Shown piece after piece: positions 1-20,300 of a stretch of 64,000 nt of DNA. Below the pieces are notes generated by a model. It had not been told where the DNA came from, did not search any database, and saw only the letters and a program-made list of their open reading frames with translations. Made by a program: the position numbers and the translations under genes. Each line of letters opens with the position of its first letter. Position 1 is the first letter of the stretch. This stretch comes from Ascidiella aspersa (taxonomy: Eukaryota): positions 29,698,001 to 29,762,000 of the forward strand of contig OZ004607.1 of the NCBI GenBank assembly GCA_963924565.1. The letters run 5' to 3'.

Positions 1-42
1 CAATAGGTCTTTCACCTGACGTATTTATGTGTCGAATTTAAG

Positions 43-6244
<6,202 letters not shown>

Positions 6245-6443
6245 CACATATTGAATATCTACATTTTTATTGACTTGTATCATGTTCAGCCAAGTCATTT
6301 ACCACGCATACGAACAGTGCCTTCAATCCCTCCATGATTTAATTTGCGTCCTTTTTTTAAGCAATTTATTGATGTTGTTTCGTGCTTTTTTTTCAAATAA
6401 GTTTTCGTAAATCGAGTATTTTTCTACTGTCGCCAGGTACCAG

Positions 6444-6449
6444 AATAAA
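6444..6449 (+). terminator. putative polyadenylation signal of ABCC gene
   Basis: AATAAA about 200 nt after the stop codon. Confidence 0.5.
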
Positions 6450-6811
6450 TCAACAAACGGCTGCATCATTTTAATTATTTATATAAACCATAAGCACGAA
6501 TGGTTCGATTTTCGTCGAAATTGTGGACTTCATCTTTTCAGCTAATTAGATAATTTGTAAACCTCACAGGCAGTGTTTTTTTTAATGTGTTTTTTTTTTC
6601 AAATTTCTCCAGAGGTTTCCCAAATTTTGGACTTGCAACTTTTAGTATTTAAATGAAACCCTTGCGGTTTCTCAAAACTACTTAGCGGTCACCCAAACCA
6701 AACCTTAAAAAAACCTGCTCACAGATAATATTGGCAATATCTCTAAATAAGGTGGTCCGGTAGTATGTTATGAAAGAAAATATATTAGCTAACTCAACAT
6801 ACCGGTATAGC

Positions 6812-7618
6812 CAGGGTTACCATCTGCTCAGACCAAAACATAAGCACGGTACACCAAAAAAATAAGCACGCTACTAATAACCATGGCAAGATCTAGGATT
6901 CCGGGGATGTTTTAGGAAAAACGTCATGAAATAACAAACACGTATTTTGTATGCGGAAAACGTAGCTTAATCGCGCGAAGCGCGAAAAAAACTGCGTTTA
7001 TTTGATCGAAATTGGTAAAACCTATTATTTAAGAGACCTGGCGCCTTAAGCTCGGGGCATTTTGTTTTGTAACAAAGTTTTGCTTGTAATAAAATTATTC
7101 ATTGAATGATTTGCTGTAATGCTTCTAGGAAATTTTTTGCATCTTGTCGTAACATTGTGGGCACTAATGGCTGTTTTTCCATAGTCTCTACAGGTAAGTG
7201 TTTCCCAACGTTGGCTCTACCGCTCCCCTTTAGGCGGCGCCAAATCCACATTAAGGGGCCCAATGACCCATGGTTATCTAAACCAGTAGCTCTGCACAAT
7301 ATCGCTTTATAAACGCGTAAAATGGCTTGTAAGTGCAGCTTACTACTTTCACAATCCATTGTTATTATGTAATAATAATGCATTGTTTTATAATCTGGGT
7401 CAAAGAACTTGGTAAATATAAATAAATGAAGTTTCTCACTCCTCCGTGAAAGTGAAATAATTAATAAAGCACACTTTTGAGAAACTAAAATAAGACAAAC
7501 TAAGCACACAACTATAAAATAAGCACGTTTCTTATAAATAAGCACATTAATGTTTTCTAAGACACTGCACCCGAAAATAAGCACAAATCTTAGAAATGAG
7601 CACGGTATGGCAACCCTG
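6812..7618. mobile_element. hAT-type MITE with subterminal TAAGCAC repeats
   Basis: TIR CAGGGTTACCAT / ATGGCAACCCTG; perfect TSD GGTATAGC; multiple AAGCAC motifs at both ends. Confidence 0.9.
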
Positions 7619-8207
7619 GGTATAGCTTATCCCAGCATGTAAAGCGCTGTCACAGCGTGTTGCACTTTTTTGGCTGTCACCTAAAGAAACGATTCTTTTC
7701 GAATATTTTATTTGACGTCAGCAACTTCTAACGTAGTAGCCTAACTTAACTCTTTAAAATATAAGTTGTCACAACATGCTGGAGTAAACCGCTATGTTAA
7801 CTCGTTCAATTTGTCAAGGTTCAAGTTCTACTCGGCTAAGTTCCGGTTTGGCTCAATTGTCGAAAATTAGTTAAGGTTCGATTTCGGTTCGGGAAATTTC
7901 GGGCTCGGTTGCACTCCCTGGTTTAGGCTTACTCTTTAAAGACCTTCGAAATCGCCAATTTGACAAAATTATTAGGCCCCATAGGCGGCTGTACAACAGT
8001 GTACACATCCCAAAGCCTAATGAATAAGATACGGCCCTGTGCATTACAAAATTCATTTTTTAAGATAAAATTTGGTACATAAATAATAACAACAAAGCAT
8101 GCTCACCTACCCTTAAAAAAACTATATATTTTACTCGCGGAGAATAAAGTAAGTATTTTAAGTAGAAGTCTTTTTTCCTAAAGTGTCATGGTTCAGTGAC
8201 TTAATGG

Positions 8208-8218
8208 TTCGCGCCAAA
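8208..8218. promoter_or_regulatory. E2F-type site TTCGCGCCAAA in CHAF1A promoter
   Basis: Reverse complement contains TTTGGCGC (TTTSSCGC consensus), about 140 nt upstream of the ATG of an S-phase gene. Confidence 0.6.
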
Positions 8219-8353
8219 TTCGATGCACAATTCTTTAACCTGGAATAAGGGAAGCTGCTTTTGCCGCCTTTCCGACACAGGAAAACATTAGTTTTTAGAT
8301 TTACCTCATGACCACATTAACAGCTGGTGAACACTCCTACCCAACTTACCATC

Positions 8354-11300
8354 ATGGCGGATGTGATAGTTCCTGTTTCGAAAAAGCTTAAACAAGGTTA
8401 GTGAACTTCCTATATTCGAAATAGTGTTGTATAAAAATAGCTTTGCAAGTAAAAACACTTATGTGCGACTGCTAATTGATTTTGCAATAAGAGTCTAGTT
8501 TGTATTTGCAAGTAGTGAACTAATATATTTTTAAACTGTACTGAACTTAACTTCTCAGTTAGTTGGAAGAACTAACGCCTTTTTACATGGAATTGTTGAA
8601 CAGTAAATATCCCAATTTTGTGCCCAATATGCATGTTGTGGCATATGCAGACCATTTCTTAATTTGTGTGAATACCTTATAAAACTGCACAAGTATTTTT
8701 GGCGCTGGACTATAATCCTACCACACTTTTGTCTGGGTTATATTGCTAATAATATTTGGGTTAGGGTGAGAGGTGAGAGTTTGAGTTTGGGTGGGTTAAG
8801 TATTATTATTATATTTATTCTAACATAATTATGCCTTTCCTTGCAGTTTAAACTTTGACTGTTCTCGTTTTGTTAGTGTTAAAATAAATGTGATAGAATT
8901 CTAGACCAGCGACGTGTTTTCTCCCTGGTGGCATAAACAACCGACCGCCGAATGGAATGAGTTGCAAACTGAGTGTTGGTTAGTCATAGCAAAAGGCTAC
9001 CATGGGTCTGCCACTTAAAATAAGGACCAATGAAAAAAATTAGAAAACATTCTCATTTTTTTTTTAATTTTTAAACAATATTGGCACTGGTTTACAATCC
9101 TTCCACTTTTTCACAGTGACACAATAAGTTGTCAAAAATGAAATTGCAAATAAAATAAATATGGGAGAATAGATATAACAATAATATTTGTCCTACCTAA
9201 ACCCAAAAGCTAACTGGCAACCTAACCCAAATATGTTAGCAACATAAACGTCCGGACGAATATGTGCTAGGATTCTAGACCAGCACCATAATATTTTCTA
9301 CATTTAAGCATTTTTATTCAACACAACACTAGCTGTTCCAACTAACCAAGATACACCACAGATTAGGGTACCTCTTTTTCCCAGATTTCTTCACTCCCGA
9401 GAAACAATATTCAAAAATTAAAATTCCTGAAAATCCTGATGAAATTATTTGACTATTTGCGTTGGGGAATTTTAAAACGCAAAATCGGTCGCAAAAATAG
9501 GTCCTAAGACAGTGGGATTACGATGTCAATAAATATTCGGATTTTTGCCCCTTTCTTTTATGCCAAAACAACGGGGGCTTTGTGCAGTGACCTCTGTTTA
9601 TGACTTCAATACAATTGCATTGAAAGTTCAAACACCAATCCTTTCGCTTTCCAAATTTAGCCCCTTTACTGTGCAGGGCGCATTTTAATTGGTTTAATAA
9701 ATTTAATCAAGTACTTACGCTGGTAAGGGCAAATAAAGCAACTCAGACAATGACTTTTATATGTTAGGTAATATTTTTTCTTTATATCAGTCAAAAATTC
9801 AGGATCGTTATTTTTTGGGAAATCCCTCGCATTTATTACATTTTAGATTGTGTTTAAATTCCCAAACTGCTAAGGGCTGTCTAAGTCTCTTACACGTTTC
9901 TTATAACTTCTTAAACTCTAGAGAGTCACTTACTCGGTTGATATTTGTTAAGTATATTCACAAATCTCAGTACATACACAACATAATACAGTGAATCAAG
10001 CCATTTGTAAAACTGTATACAGTATAAGACCATATCGAATCCTGTGTAGCGTGGAAACCACTACTTGAGTGTTGTTCACACGATAGTGAAGCCCATCACG
10101 AGTGTTGTGATGTCGCCCGAATGCTTCGCGTGCCACACAAAATTCATTCGCGGGCCCCGTGTTCGTCACCCCTGCTATAGCATCATAGTCAATATTTTCA
10201 TTTTTACATCTGATTTATATTGATAGCATGAATTATATTTTTAGCTCGACTTTCATTTGGCAGCCCGAAAAACTCTGGATCAGATGGAAACAAAGAAAAC
10301 ATTACCAACCATCAAAAGATGATCCTAAGTGGAAAATTAAATAAATCTAATCTCTCTTCAACAGAAAATATTTCGACTGAAGAAGAAATAAATTTTAAAT
10401 CCTTGTCAAATAGCAAAAAAAGGTTTTATTTTGTTGTGTTGGTAATTTATTTGGAAAGTATGTCGTACAAGATTGTCGTTATAGATGTAGGTAATTTTGA
10501 ATAAAGTTGTAAAATATACATACCAACCTGCTTTATGTGAAGATCCTATTTTCAATGTGTTTTGCTACTTTAACCTACTTTTATTTAGTGTATGTTTTAT
10601 TATGTAATTTACAGTAGTCACTCCATCACAGTCAAAGCAGATGTACACACAACAATTCAATGTCCTGAAGTGTCTACCAGCATTAATTTGGAAGTTGGGG
10701 AAGACAATACTGAGGTTTAAAGATACATATTAACTAATTTAAATAGTACACAGAAAGCCATGGCATAAAAAAAAAAAAAAAGCGGCTTCAGAACAGCTAG
10801 ATCACATTTGTAAACACTTACACACATATAAGTGTGCATGTTTCATTAAGTAGTTTAAAATGAGATTTTTATTAGTGCCGAATATCACTAGGCTATATAT
10901 ATGTTATCTATTTGCTGAATGTTTTGTTTGCCATACGTAAAATTGTCTGTATTTTGGCAATCCATTCTGTATCATTATGTTATATTACTAATCTTGTAAA
11001 CACGTTTAATGGTTAAACATTTATTAGAAAAACTGCTCAATGATAGAAAGTACCATGGAAGACAATGAAGTCATTGACTTGCTTTCGGATCCAGAATGTG
11101 AAGCTTTGCAGGTTTCTGCCTAAAAAACTGAAATTATTCTTATGAATTTTCTCTAAATTCTACATTCTGTGGATTTAATCGTTTATAACCAGAACCCGCC
11201 CGAGCGTGTTGCAGATCCCAACCCTGTTCAGCACACCAATGATTGAAAGACCCATTTGTGAAAAATATATATAGATGACCCATGTCTCCTATCCTACTAT

Positions 11301-14300
11301 CCATTAGCTCTTGATTTTATGTCCTAATCCATTGCATTTTTTTACGTCCTAATCTTTTTTAACCTAGATTTAATTCATTACATCTTGATTTTATGAGATA
11401 TTTTAGTTGGGTTTTTAAGTGGAATATATGTGGACAATTACAAATCCAATCTATCTTTTATAATTTTTTTAATGTTGTTTTTTGGTATTTTTGTCTTAAG
11501 TATATATACAAATGTTGACAGTTTTTTAATAACGTATTTTAGGAGGCCACCCAGTCTGCAATGTCTGATGAAGTGGCTCGCAACATCGACAATGCGATCA
11601 ATGCAGCAGTGGCGCGCTCTCTTAATGACAAAGAAGGTCTCATGGCGAGCTTAGCAGCGAAGGATTCCAAAAAGAGAAGACGGTCAAAATCTCCTGCTGC
11701 CCATTCCAGTGGAATATCCGACATTAGCAACAGTCCTGCTGTTGATCAAGAAAAATTATTGACAAACTCTAACCAACATCCAAATGTTGCCTGTTATTCT
11801 TCCGATACTGAGAACAAGCCCAAAAAGCCAAGAAGATCTGTCCTTGAACTGTTGCAAACGAGTCCTGCGATAAAGCCTTCTATTAAGGTTTCTCCACCGA
11901 CTGACGGCCCACCAGAAAAATCTGAAACCAACAGTGGCACTGATGTTGAAATGATTGTGATCGACTCCACGCCTGAAACTGAAGAGGGGCTGTCTGAAAA
12001 TAAAATTGCCAAAGAAGAAGCCACTGGAACACCAAGCAAAACATCCAATCTCAATGACCCAGCTGATAGTTCTGACAAGGTTTCCTCCGAGTCTTCTGCA
12101 ACCCTTAATACTGCAAAAACCCCAAATGCCAAGCAGCGCTCTCCGGTAAAAAGAGTTTGTGTTTTGTGTGAGCTATTAGATAAGGTACTAATTGTTGTGT
12201 TTTTCTTCTTTAGACTCAAAAGCCTCGGAGCAGCAAGAAATCAAAAGAAGCAATGGTACGAGTAGTTTATTTTATTAGCATTATAAGAGTAGTGTGTTAT
12301 TGTGTTATTTAGTAGCTACATTTGTACTAAATAAAAAATCAGACATATTGATATTAAGTTCAAATTGCAGAATCAAGAAAAAGAAGAGAAGCGTCGTTTA
12401 AAAGAGGAAGAAAAACACCAAAAAGAAATGGAAAAACTGGAACAGAAAAAGAAAAAGGTAGTTTTGTTAACTTTGATTGTTTGCTAATCTTTTAGAATGA
12501 ATACAAAACACAACAAATATTCTAGGATAAAAACATTTAAAAATATTTTGCCTATATTTTGTAAATGATTGAGAAAAACAGTGGAAATTATTGTTTATGC
12601 TTACATGTATGTTTATTTAATATTGTTGACTCCAAACCAAGGACTTATACACAGTTATATAAAACACTCTTACTGCATAAATTCCACAAAAAAACATTTT
12701 ATTTTTAAATTCATCTATAAAACACTGCAGGTTTTGTATTTTATTGACTCTAATTTTGTTTTCTGCAACACAGGAAGAAGAGAGGGCCATAAGGGAAGAA
12801 GAAAAACGAAAGATGAAGGAAGACATTGAGAGGCTTAAGGAAGAAAGAATGAAAAAGAAATTAGAAGAGCAGGAAAAAAAGAAAGCAGAAATGGAGTATG
12901 TTGTTATTTTAAAATAATCTTAAGTCATCAAGCAGAAAGCTTAAACCGTGACTACAATTTAGAAAAAAAAACAGTATTTTCAAGTTTGCTATGCGTGAAT
13001 TAACTTATTTATATTCGTAGATAGTTTTAAGTAAATTCAACCTTCAAATTTGAATACTAGAAAAAAAATTGATAAAAACATCATGGCAATACACTAATCT
13101 ATATATACATGTACAAACCGATGAGCTATGGTACCATAAAAAGAAAACCCATCTACTGTAATTGCATGATTAAGAACACAAGTAACTTAAAAAACTAAAA
13201 TGACATCAAGTTAATTGTGCATTACCTGTTTGCATCCATATTTAATTTTCTTTGTTATTTGTAATACCTTTTTATTTTACTATTCAAGTTTTACGTTTAT
13301 AAAACTAAGAAGTACGCTGCTATTACTGTGGCTATTTTTTTCATGTTCATCTATTTGTTTGATAGAGTAAAGAGATTGGAAAAGGAACAAAAAGATGAAG
13401 AGAAACAACGAGAAAAAGAAGCAAAAGAAGCAGAGAGGTTAAAGAAGGAGGAAGAAAAACAAAAAGTGGAAGAAGAGAAGGTTGCTTTTTTTCTTCGATT
13501 TTAATGGAATATTTGTGACTAACTTTTTGTGTTTTCTATTTGTCTCAGAAACGTATTAAGGAAAAGCAAGCATGTGCCTTCAAAAGCTTTTTCAAACCAT
13601 CGCCAACAGAGAAAAAAGTTCAGGTTACATTCCTTGTTGATGTATTAATTAAAAAAATGTTTTTGAGTTGTTTAGTTTTTTCCAAATCTGACCGACAGAT
13701 AAGTTTGGTATTTTAACTTGCTAATTTCAACTAAAATATATGTAAATTCGTAATTTACCTGGCAAAAATTAATACTCATTGTGACACATTTGTATTTTAG
13801 ATACCCAGAGTGACAACAGGTCACTTTGTTCAGTTCCAACTGAAAAAAGGCATGGTTTTGGCTCCTGTGGTTAGGCACAAGCTCGCTTGTTCTAATGTAG
13901 AAAAGCTGGATGTCCTCATGGGAAAACAGGTAGACGCATAAGCACAAGTCTTTTTTCATCCTTTTGGTTTTGACCTTTAAATTTCGTTGCTAGTCAAGTG
14001 TTTAATTTGACTTATATAGCACATTTTTGCACTTGACAGATTTTATAAACTATTATGTGCATATTAAGAAAATTTTATGTCTGCTTTCTAACATATATAC
14101 TATAGGGTAGAAACAAAGTCTTTCACAGGTCTTTAAAAACCCTATGTTTTTTTTCAAAGGGCTTTCAAAGGGAATTTAATTATATATGTAGTTATGTCGT
14201 AAGACTAGTTTTTAACTCTTTTTTACTGTGTTGAAACTGTTGACCATGGCTTTTATAATGTTCTGTTTTTGATTTATTTGAAAGAAAAACTCCGAGCAAT

Positions 14301-17300
14301 CTAATTTTAGGCTTTTAAAAGGCTATAAATGTTGAACTTTCTTCATTAAACTGTGTGACATGCCGTAATATACTTGCAGTAACAAAGACACTTGTTAACT
14401 GAGTATTCACCCCAAAACACTGTTTTTAGTTGTAAAATATTTATATATAACTATTAGGAAAATTTCTCATACATTGATGATTTAAGAAGTGGTGTGAAGC
14501 CTTTCAGAAAAGAAAATGCAACCATTCCAAACAACAGCAAAACTCGCCTAAGGTAATTAACATCTGGGATAACATTTGGTGTTTTTTTAATGTTAATATC
14601 TAACAGTTTCTATTTGTGTTTAAATAAGCCTAATTAAACCTAAAGCCTAATTAAACCTAACTTAACAAACTTTGCCATATTTGTCTAAAATCTTGTATTT
14701 TTTATTTTTTTTTAAATAAATTCTTCAAAGATTAACAACGCCTAGAAAATATGTTGGGCCTATTGAAATCTTCATTCCATAAAAATATTAATAAATTTTT
14801 ATTTTATGTTGGACAGTCTATCAGATGACGGACTTGAAATTGTCCAGATTGACGAGAGTAGTTGTTCAAGGAGAAGCGTTTTCAAGAGAAAGCTTCTCCA
14901 GTTTACGGAGAACAATCGACCTCCCTACTACGGAACCTGGAGAAAACTCAGCAAAGATATCAAGCCAAAAAACCCGTTTGCAAAAGACGAAGTGAGATTT
15001 GGTTTCGGAATGAAGTTCTTTATAGTTTTATGTGCTAAACACACCAGCAATTTTACATTAGTGTAGCAAACCTGTGTAGTTTTTTTTATTAAATTACAAG
15101 CTGAAATTGTTGGTATGAGTTCTACGCAATTTTAACTTTGCTTTTATAAGCCGTCATTTTAAAGCAGTATTTCTCAACCTTAGTAAGTATCTTTAATTAC
15201 ACTTCACGGCTTCCCAAGTCGTACGTGAACAGATTTTAGATCTTCTGGGGAGTTTAGGAATATAACGCTACTGTAAATTTATTTTGACTGTGGTAAGTTC
15301 TATTTTCCCTTTGTTACGTTTAATCATCATCCTATAATTTTTATGCCACTACCGTTTAGCACTTATGATTTATTTTTAGCCTTTATTAATACAGTTTTAA
15401 ACTTAAAAGCAATTTAAGCAAAATAAAATTCGACTAGGTGCGCAAAAAGAGACGCCACCTGACTTAGAATCACTACATAAGAGTAATTGGTTGGTTGGCC
15501 CAATTATTGCTGCACACAAATCTTCCATTTATCTTCCAGGGTCAGCTCGATTACGAAGTTGATTCTGACGATGAATGGGAGGACCCTGGAGAAGGCGAAG
15601 ATATCGCAAACAGTGATGGAGTAAGTAACTCTTTAAATTTATTCGGCTTCACATTTTTAGCTCTGCAAAGACGAAATTCGCTGTGAAAAACAGGAATGAG
15701 TTGGACTGAGGTCTCGGGGTTGGACTGAGGTCTCGGCTAAGACGGTTTATTTTGCTTAAACACAGGACTGGAGTAAAACTCTGTGTAACAACCAGAGTCT
15801 CGAGTCCGACGTGTGCATGAGTACTACCAAATTTAGAAACCGCCAAAGCCGCAAACTATAAATTGTAAAGATTGGCTAACAGGGTGGTCCAAACCAAGGC
15901 CCGCGGGCCATATGACTGTGGCCCGCGACATCATTTTTTGTGGCCCGCGAGCACTGAACCATTGCAATGCGTACCTTAAGGTTTTAATCCAGCGGTTCTC
16001 AACCAGTGGGCCATGGCTCAAGTTCGGATTAAGGGTCGTGTCAAGAACGCCTAATTTTTGGAATGTTGTAGCCTTTTTTTGGGAATGTTGGATTTGAATT
16101 TTTGGAGTGTTGGATTGAAAGTCGCAGTACATCCTATGTGCAATTTGTTTTAAATGGCTTATTTGCGAACTTATAAGTTATAGTTGCGTTTTGTTTTCCG
16201 TCTTTTCAATGGACCACTAAACATAACATAAAAAGTGCGACGCTATACCAATTACTACTTTTGCAACTTTAAAGTAAATGAACGATAAAATATATCGCGC
16301 TTCTAGAAAGTATTATTTTACAGGTTTTCACTGCGACTTAAGGCTAACGCCTGACAAAATTGATCTAGTTTAAAAAAAAATACCCTTTGGAGTTTGACAA
16401 ATTTAACAACATAAGTTTTTTAAGAGATAATAAACATAATTCCACCCTTTTTCAGGAGGAGGAAACCGAAAAGGATGAAGATGACGAGGAGGATGGATTT
16501 TTTGTTCCTCATGGTTACCTCTCCGACGATGAGGGCCTTGATGCAGATGTAAGTTATCCTTAATATGCCATTAATATCTTGGCTTTTTTTTAGATAGACC
16601 CAAGTTTTCCTAATATCAAGCCCACTGCACACCTGTACAAAAGCTGCAGCTGGTCATACATTTTTTAAGTTTATCCTTGATTTATTATATAGATATAGTT
16701 TTCAAACAAAATTATTCATTTAACAAAAAATATGTTTAAGCTTGCAAGACCAAACGCTTGCAAATATTGTTCAATCAATTGTCACAAAAAGTGACTCACA
16801 AATTATATTGATTTATTGTCAAAAAGTTTCAATAATCTGTAACTCATTCCTAAACTTTTATTGTTCAGGGCGAAGGGTCGGAAGAGCTGTCGGAACAAAA
16901 GCTAAAAATGAAGCAGCAGGAATTCGAGAACTCGTTCAAGCAGCGAGTGAAGGCGCTCAAGCCGGTGGTGGTCGGGTGCGTGTGGCCAGATGTACAGGAT
17001 AGCTTCCAGAAAAGCCAGCTGGAGTTACTGCAGCAGTTCGAGGTAAATTTAAGAACATTCTAGTCCAGCGGTTCTCAGCCAGTGGGCCATGGCTCACTGG
17101 TGGGCCAAAAGAACATTTTAGGTTGGCCACAGATCAATTTAAAAAAGCTAGATATTTAATTTAACAGGAATAATGGCTTGGGGAGGAATAAAAAGGGAAT
17201 GTAAATTTCTTGTTCAACCGCAAGTGTCTTACTATGCACGATTGAATAAATAATCTGTTTTGAAATATGTTTTGCTTTGTTCTAAACTTGTTCTAAACCG

Positions 17301-20300
17301 ATTTTACAGTTTTTTTCTTTCATGAAACTATCGGGCCACAGAATTTTTTTGCAACGTAAATGGGCCACGAAAGAAAAAAGGTTCAGAACCACTGTTCTAG
17401 TCCTACATGAAACAGTGATCTAGTAAGTGTTTGGTGTTTAAAAGGCATTATTTTCTCGTATTTTTATTATTTTTTCTCCAGTTTGCCAAAATGCAATTGA
17501 GGTGCTTCTCTTAGGCCAACCATTAGACTTATAATTTACGACCAGTGCTGCGTTTTCGGTTCCCTTATTTTTATGTTGTTTGTCACCGCTCATAAAATTT
17601 CACCAATGTAAATCATCGATTACAGGTCCCTTGTTTTTATGTATTGTAAAGCTTCGCTTATCGTTCGTTGTTTTTATATATTAATTAGCCTCTGCTCATT
17701 GTAATTGTTTTTCGTAAAACATGTCAACCATGCGTTGTATAACGCATGTTTGAATAAATAAACTAATTTTAACAAGAAAATATAGTGCCACAGAAATTTG
17801 CAGTGGATGACTGGGAAGTTTAATAGTAATTTTTAACAACACCGAATTTTTTTTTTAATTTTAATCGAACAAGAGTCCACAGCAAAGCAATTTCACTTAT
17901 ACGAATTTTAATTGAGCAATTCGTTTTCAAGGTTATGACTTTTGTCGACACGCCAATCGATTTTGAACCGCCGCAAGTCACAAACTCGTCACAAGGTGGC
18001 AACGAAGCGACGCCCAAAGCATCGAAACAACCGCGGAACGTTCCAGAAGAAGGTTTGGGCTTGGTTTATATTTCTACATGCTAGATTAGTGAGTGGAAGC
18101 TATGAGATACACCACCACTTGGTTTTGGTTTTCAGATTTTACACTGTTGTAATGACTCGAATCATTGACTTGACTTCAGTCATTTGGCCAAAACAACTTA
18201 ACTTGAGTTAAGTCTTTCGGACAAATGACTTGACTTAAGTCTTTTGAACAAATGTCTTTGGTTGAAATGAAGTGTTTTCTTTAAGTATTTTTGTTAAAAA
18301 ATTGGGCTATTCATCCAAATTTTTGCTCATAAAACAATTTGCTTGCCATCGGTTGCGTTTTTCCTATATTTTTTAGTTGAGGTATTGCTCATATTCGTAC
18401 AAGTTGGTCAAAAGATTTTCGGCATCTCGTTCAACAATATATTTTACGTATTGTTTGCGGGTCACAACAATAGGCTACATGAGTGCTAGGAAAATAAAAA
18501 AATGCTAGAAAGTCTCCAACCTTTGCTAAAGTTTGTTAAATATTTGATACTTTTATTTATATTTCAATATATTTAAAAAAAAATTTGGTCCTGTTTAATA
18601 TAATGCATTTATAATTTTGTTAGTGTAATATATTTTATGTGCTGCTTGATAGTAAACAAAACCCAATAGCTTCATGTAGTTTTGAAGTGCTATTGTACTA
18701 TGCATGCTCACAGTGGTTAAACATTTTTAACTGGACCAAGTTGTTTGAGGCAGATGTATTTATTACAGTTATAGGCACTATAATGAATCATTAAGTCGAA
18801 AAGAGTGTAGCAAAGCGACATCATCTTGATAAATACGTTTTAACATAAGCTGATGATGATACAAGTGGGTATCGAAATATGTTTATCAAGATGATGTCGA
18901 TTTAGTCGACCTTTTGGCTTTGAGATTCATTATCAAGCTACATTACAGATCAGTGCCTAAGATTATTTAGAATTCTATTTTTGAAGCAAAATCTTTGCTG
19001 TAAGAACCTAAATTACAGTCTTTGTTTACCATGCATTTTACCGAAAAAAAAAACAACAACAAATGTCCAATGCCGCTATCGTATAAACCAGGGTTTCTCA
19101 ACCGTGGCCCTCGGCCACTCTGGGGGGCCACGGAGCGGTGTTTGGGGGGCCACGGGCAGAACTCTTAACCTAGGTCATGGTATTACAAAAGTTCTTCCGT
19201 TTATATAGGGTAATTGAAAACGATATAATTTATTCGTTTAATCGCAGAAAATTTGGATCAACGCAGCCTATCACTGTGGCGAACCATATATACTGTGCTG
19301 CAGCTTCAAATGCAGTCATATATGCGGCGTTAGCGTTTTTACCGGCGACCATACTGGCTGATAACTTTCGCCTAATTATTAGGGGTCCGTTAAATGCAGT
19401 TGGGCGAGCAACTAACGTGTAATGTCAGGTACAGATATTTCCTTTAAGGGCGTTAGGTTGCAAAACAAGCATTTCATTGTAAAACGAGAAGTAAAACAAG
19501 TGAAAACAGTAACACGTTAAATACCATGCTAGGCATTTTTATGGCCAGGGGGCCACGAGAGTTAAGAGCCTAACAAAGGGGGCCACGAAGCATTATAGGT
19601 TGAGAACCACTGGTATAAACCGTGTACAGATTTCTATCCGCCATACCGCAATGCTTTTGTGTTTTAGCTCTACCCGACCTGATTCGCATGGTGCACGGCA
19701 ATCCACACAGCGCGGCCAAGCTGGTAAAGGAGTTCCAAGCCTACTGGAGAATGAAGAATACAAACGAGCTACCTCACAACGCTGGACCCGTGGATGAGAA
19801 TGAGAACTCTTCGAACTCTAACGGTAACTTTGAATTGTAGCAAAGTCGTCGCGATGTATACATTGTTCTTTTGTAATGCATATTAACATGATTGGTTTCG
19901 TTTTTGTCCCACAAGAAGGACATTTTTTCAAGACATGGGCAATATCCAATATAATTTTATCGACTTTAAAAATGCGTTCTCCGCTTTTAATAAACGAGAA
20001 ATGTTTTATTTTTTTTTGCTTAAACTCACACCAGAATCACCGACAACCGACCATGTTTACCTTAAGAAAAGTTTCTCAACTTGGAGTCTAGTCGTGCACG
20101 CTTTCCTGTATTCCTAATTTGGGCAGTTTTTAGAATCTCTTGAAACAATGACCTAAAACACTGTTTCTCAACAAATGCGTCGCGACCAAAATGTGGTCGC
20201 CGATTGCAATAGTTACATATGGTTAGATTTACTGAGATTGGTCTGAGAAAGTTTTCTACAGTGTAAGAAATACAATGACATTGCTGATATTAACTGAAAT

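Noticed and set aside
7099-7584. 161-aa minus-strand ORF inside the MITE as a transposase
   Set aside because: No hAT BED, DDE or dimerisation motifs; non-ATG start; overlaps subterminal repeats
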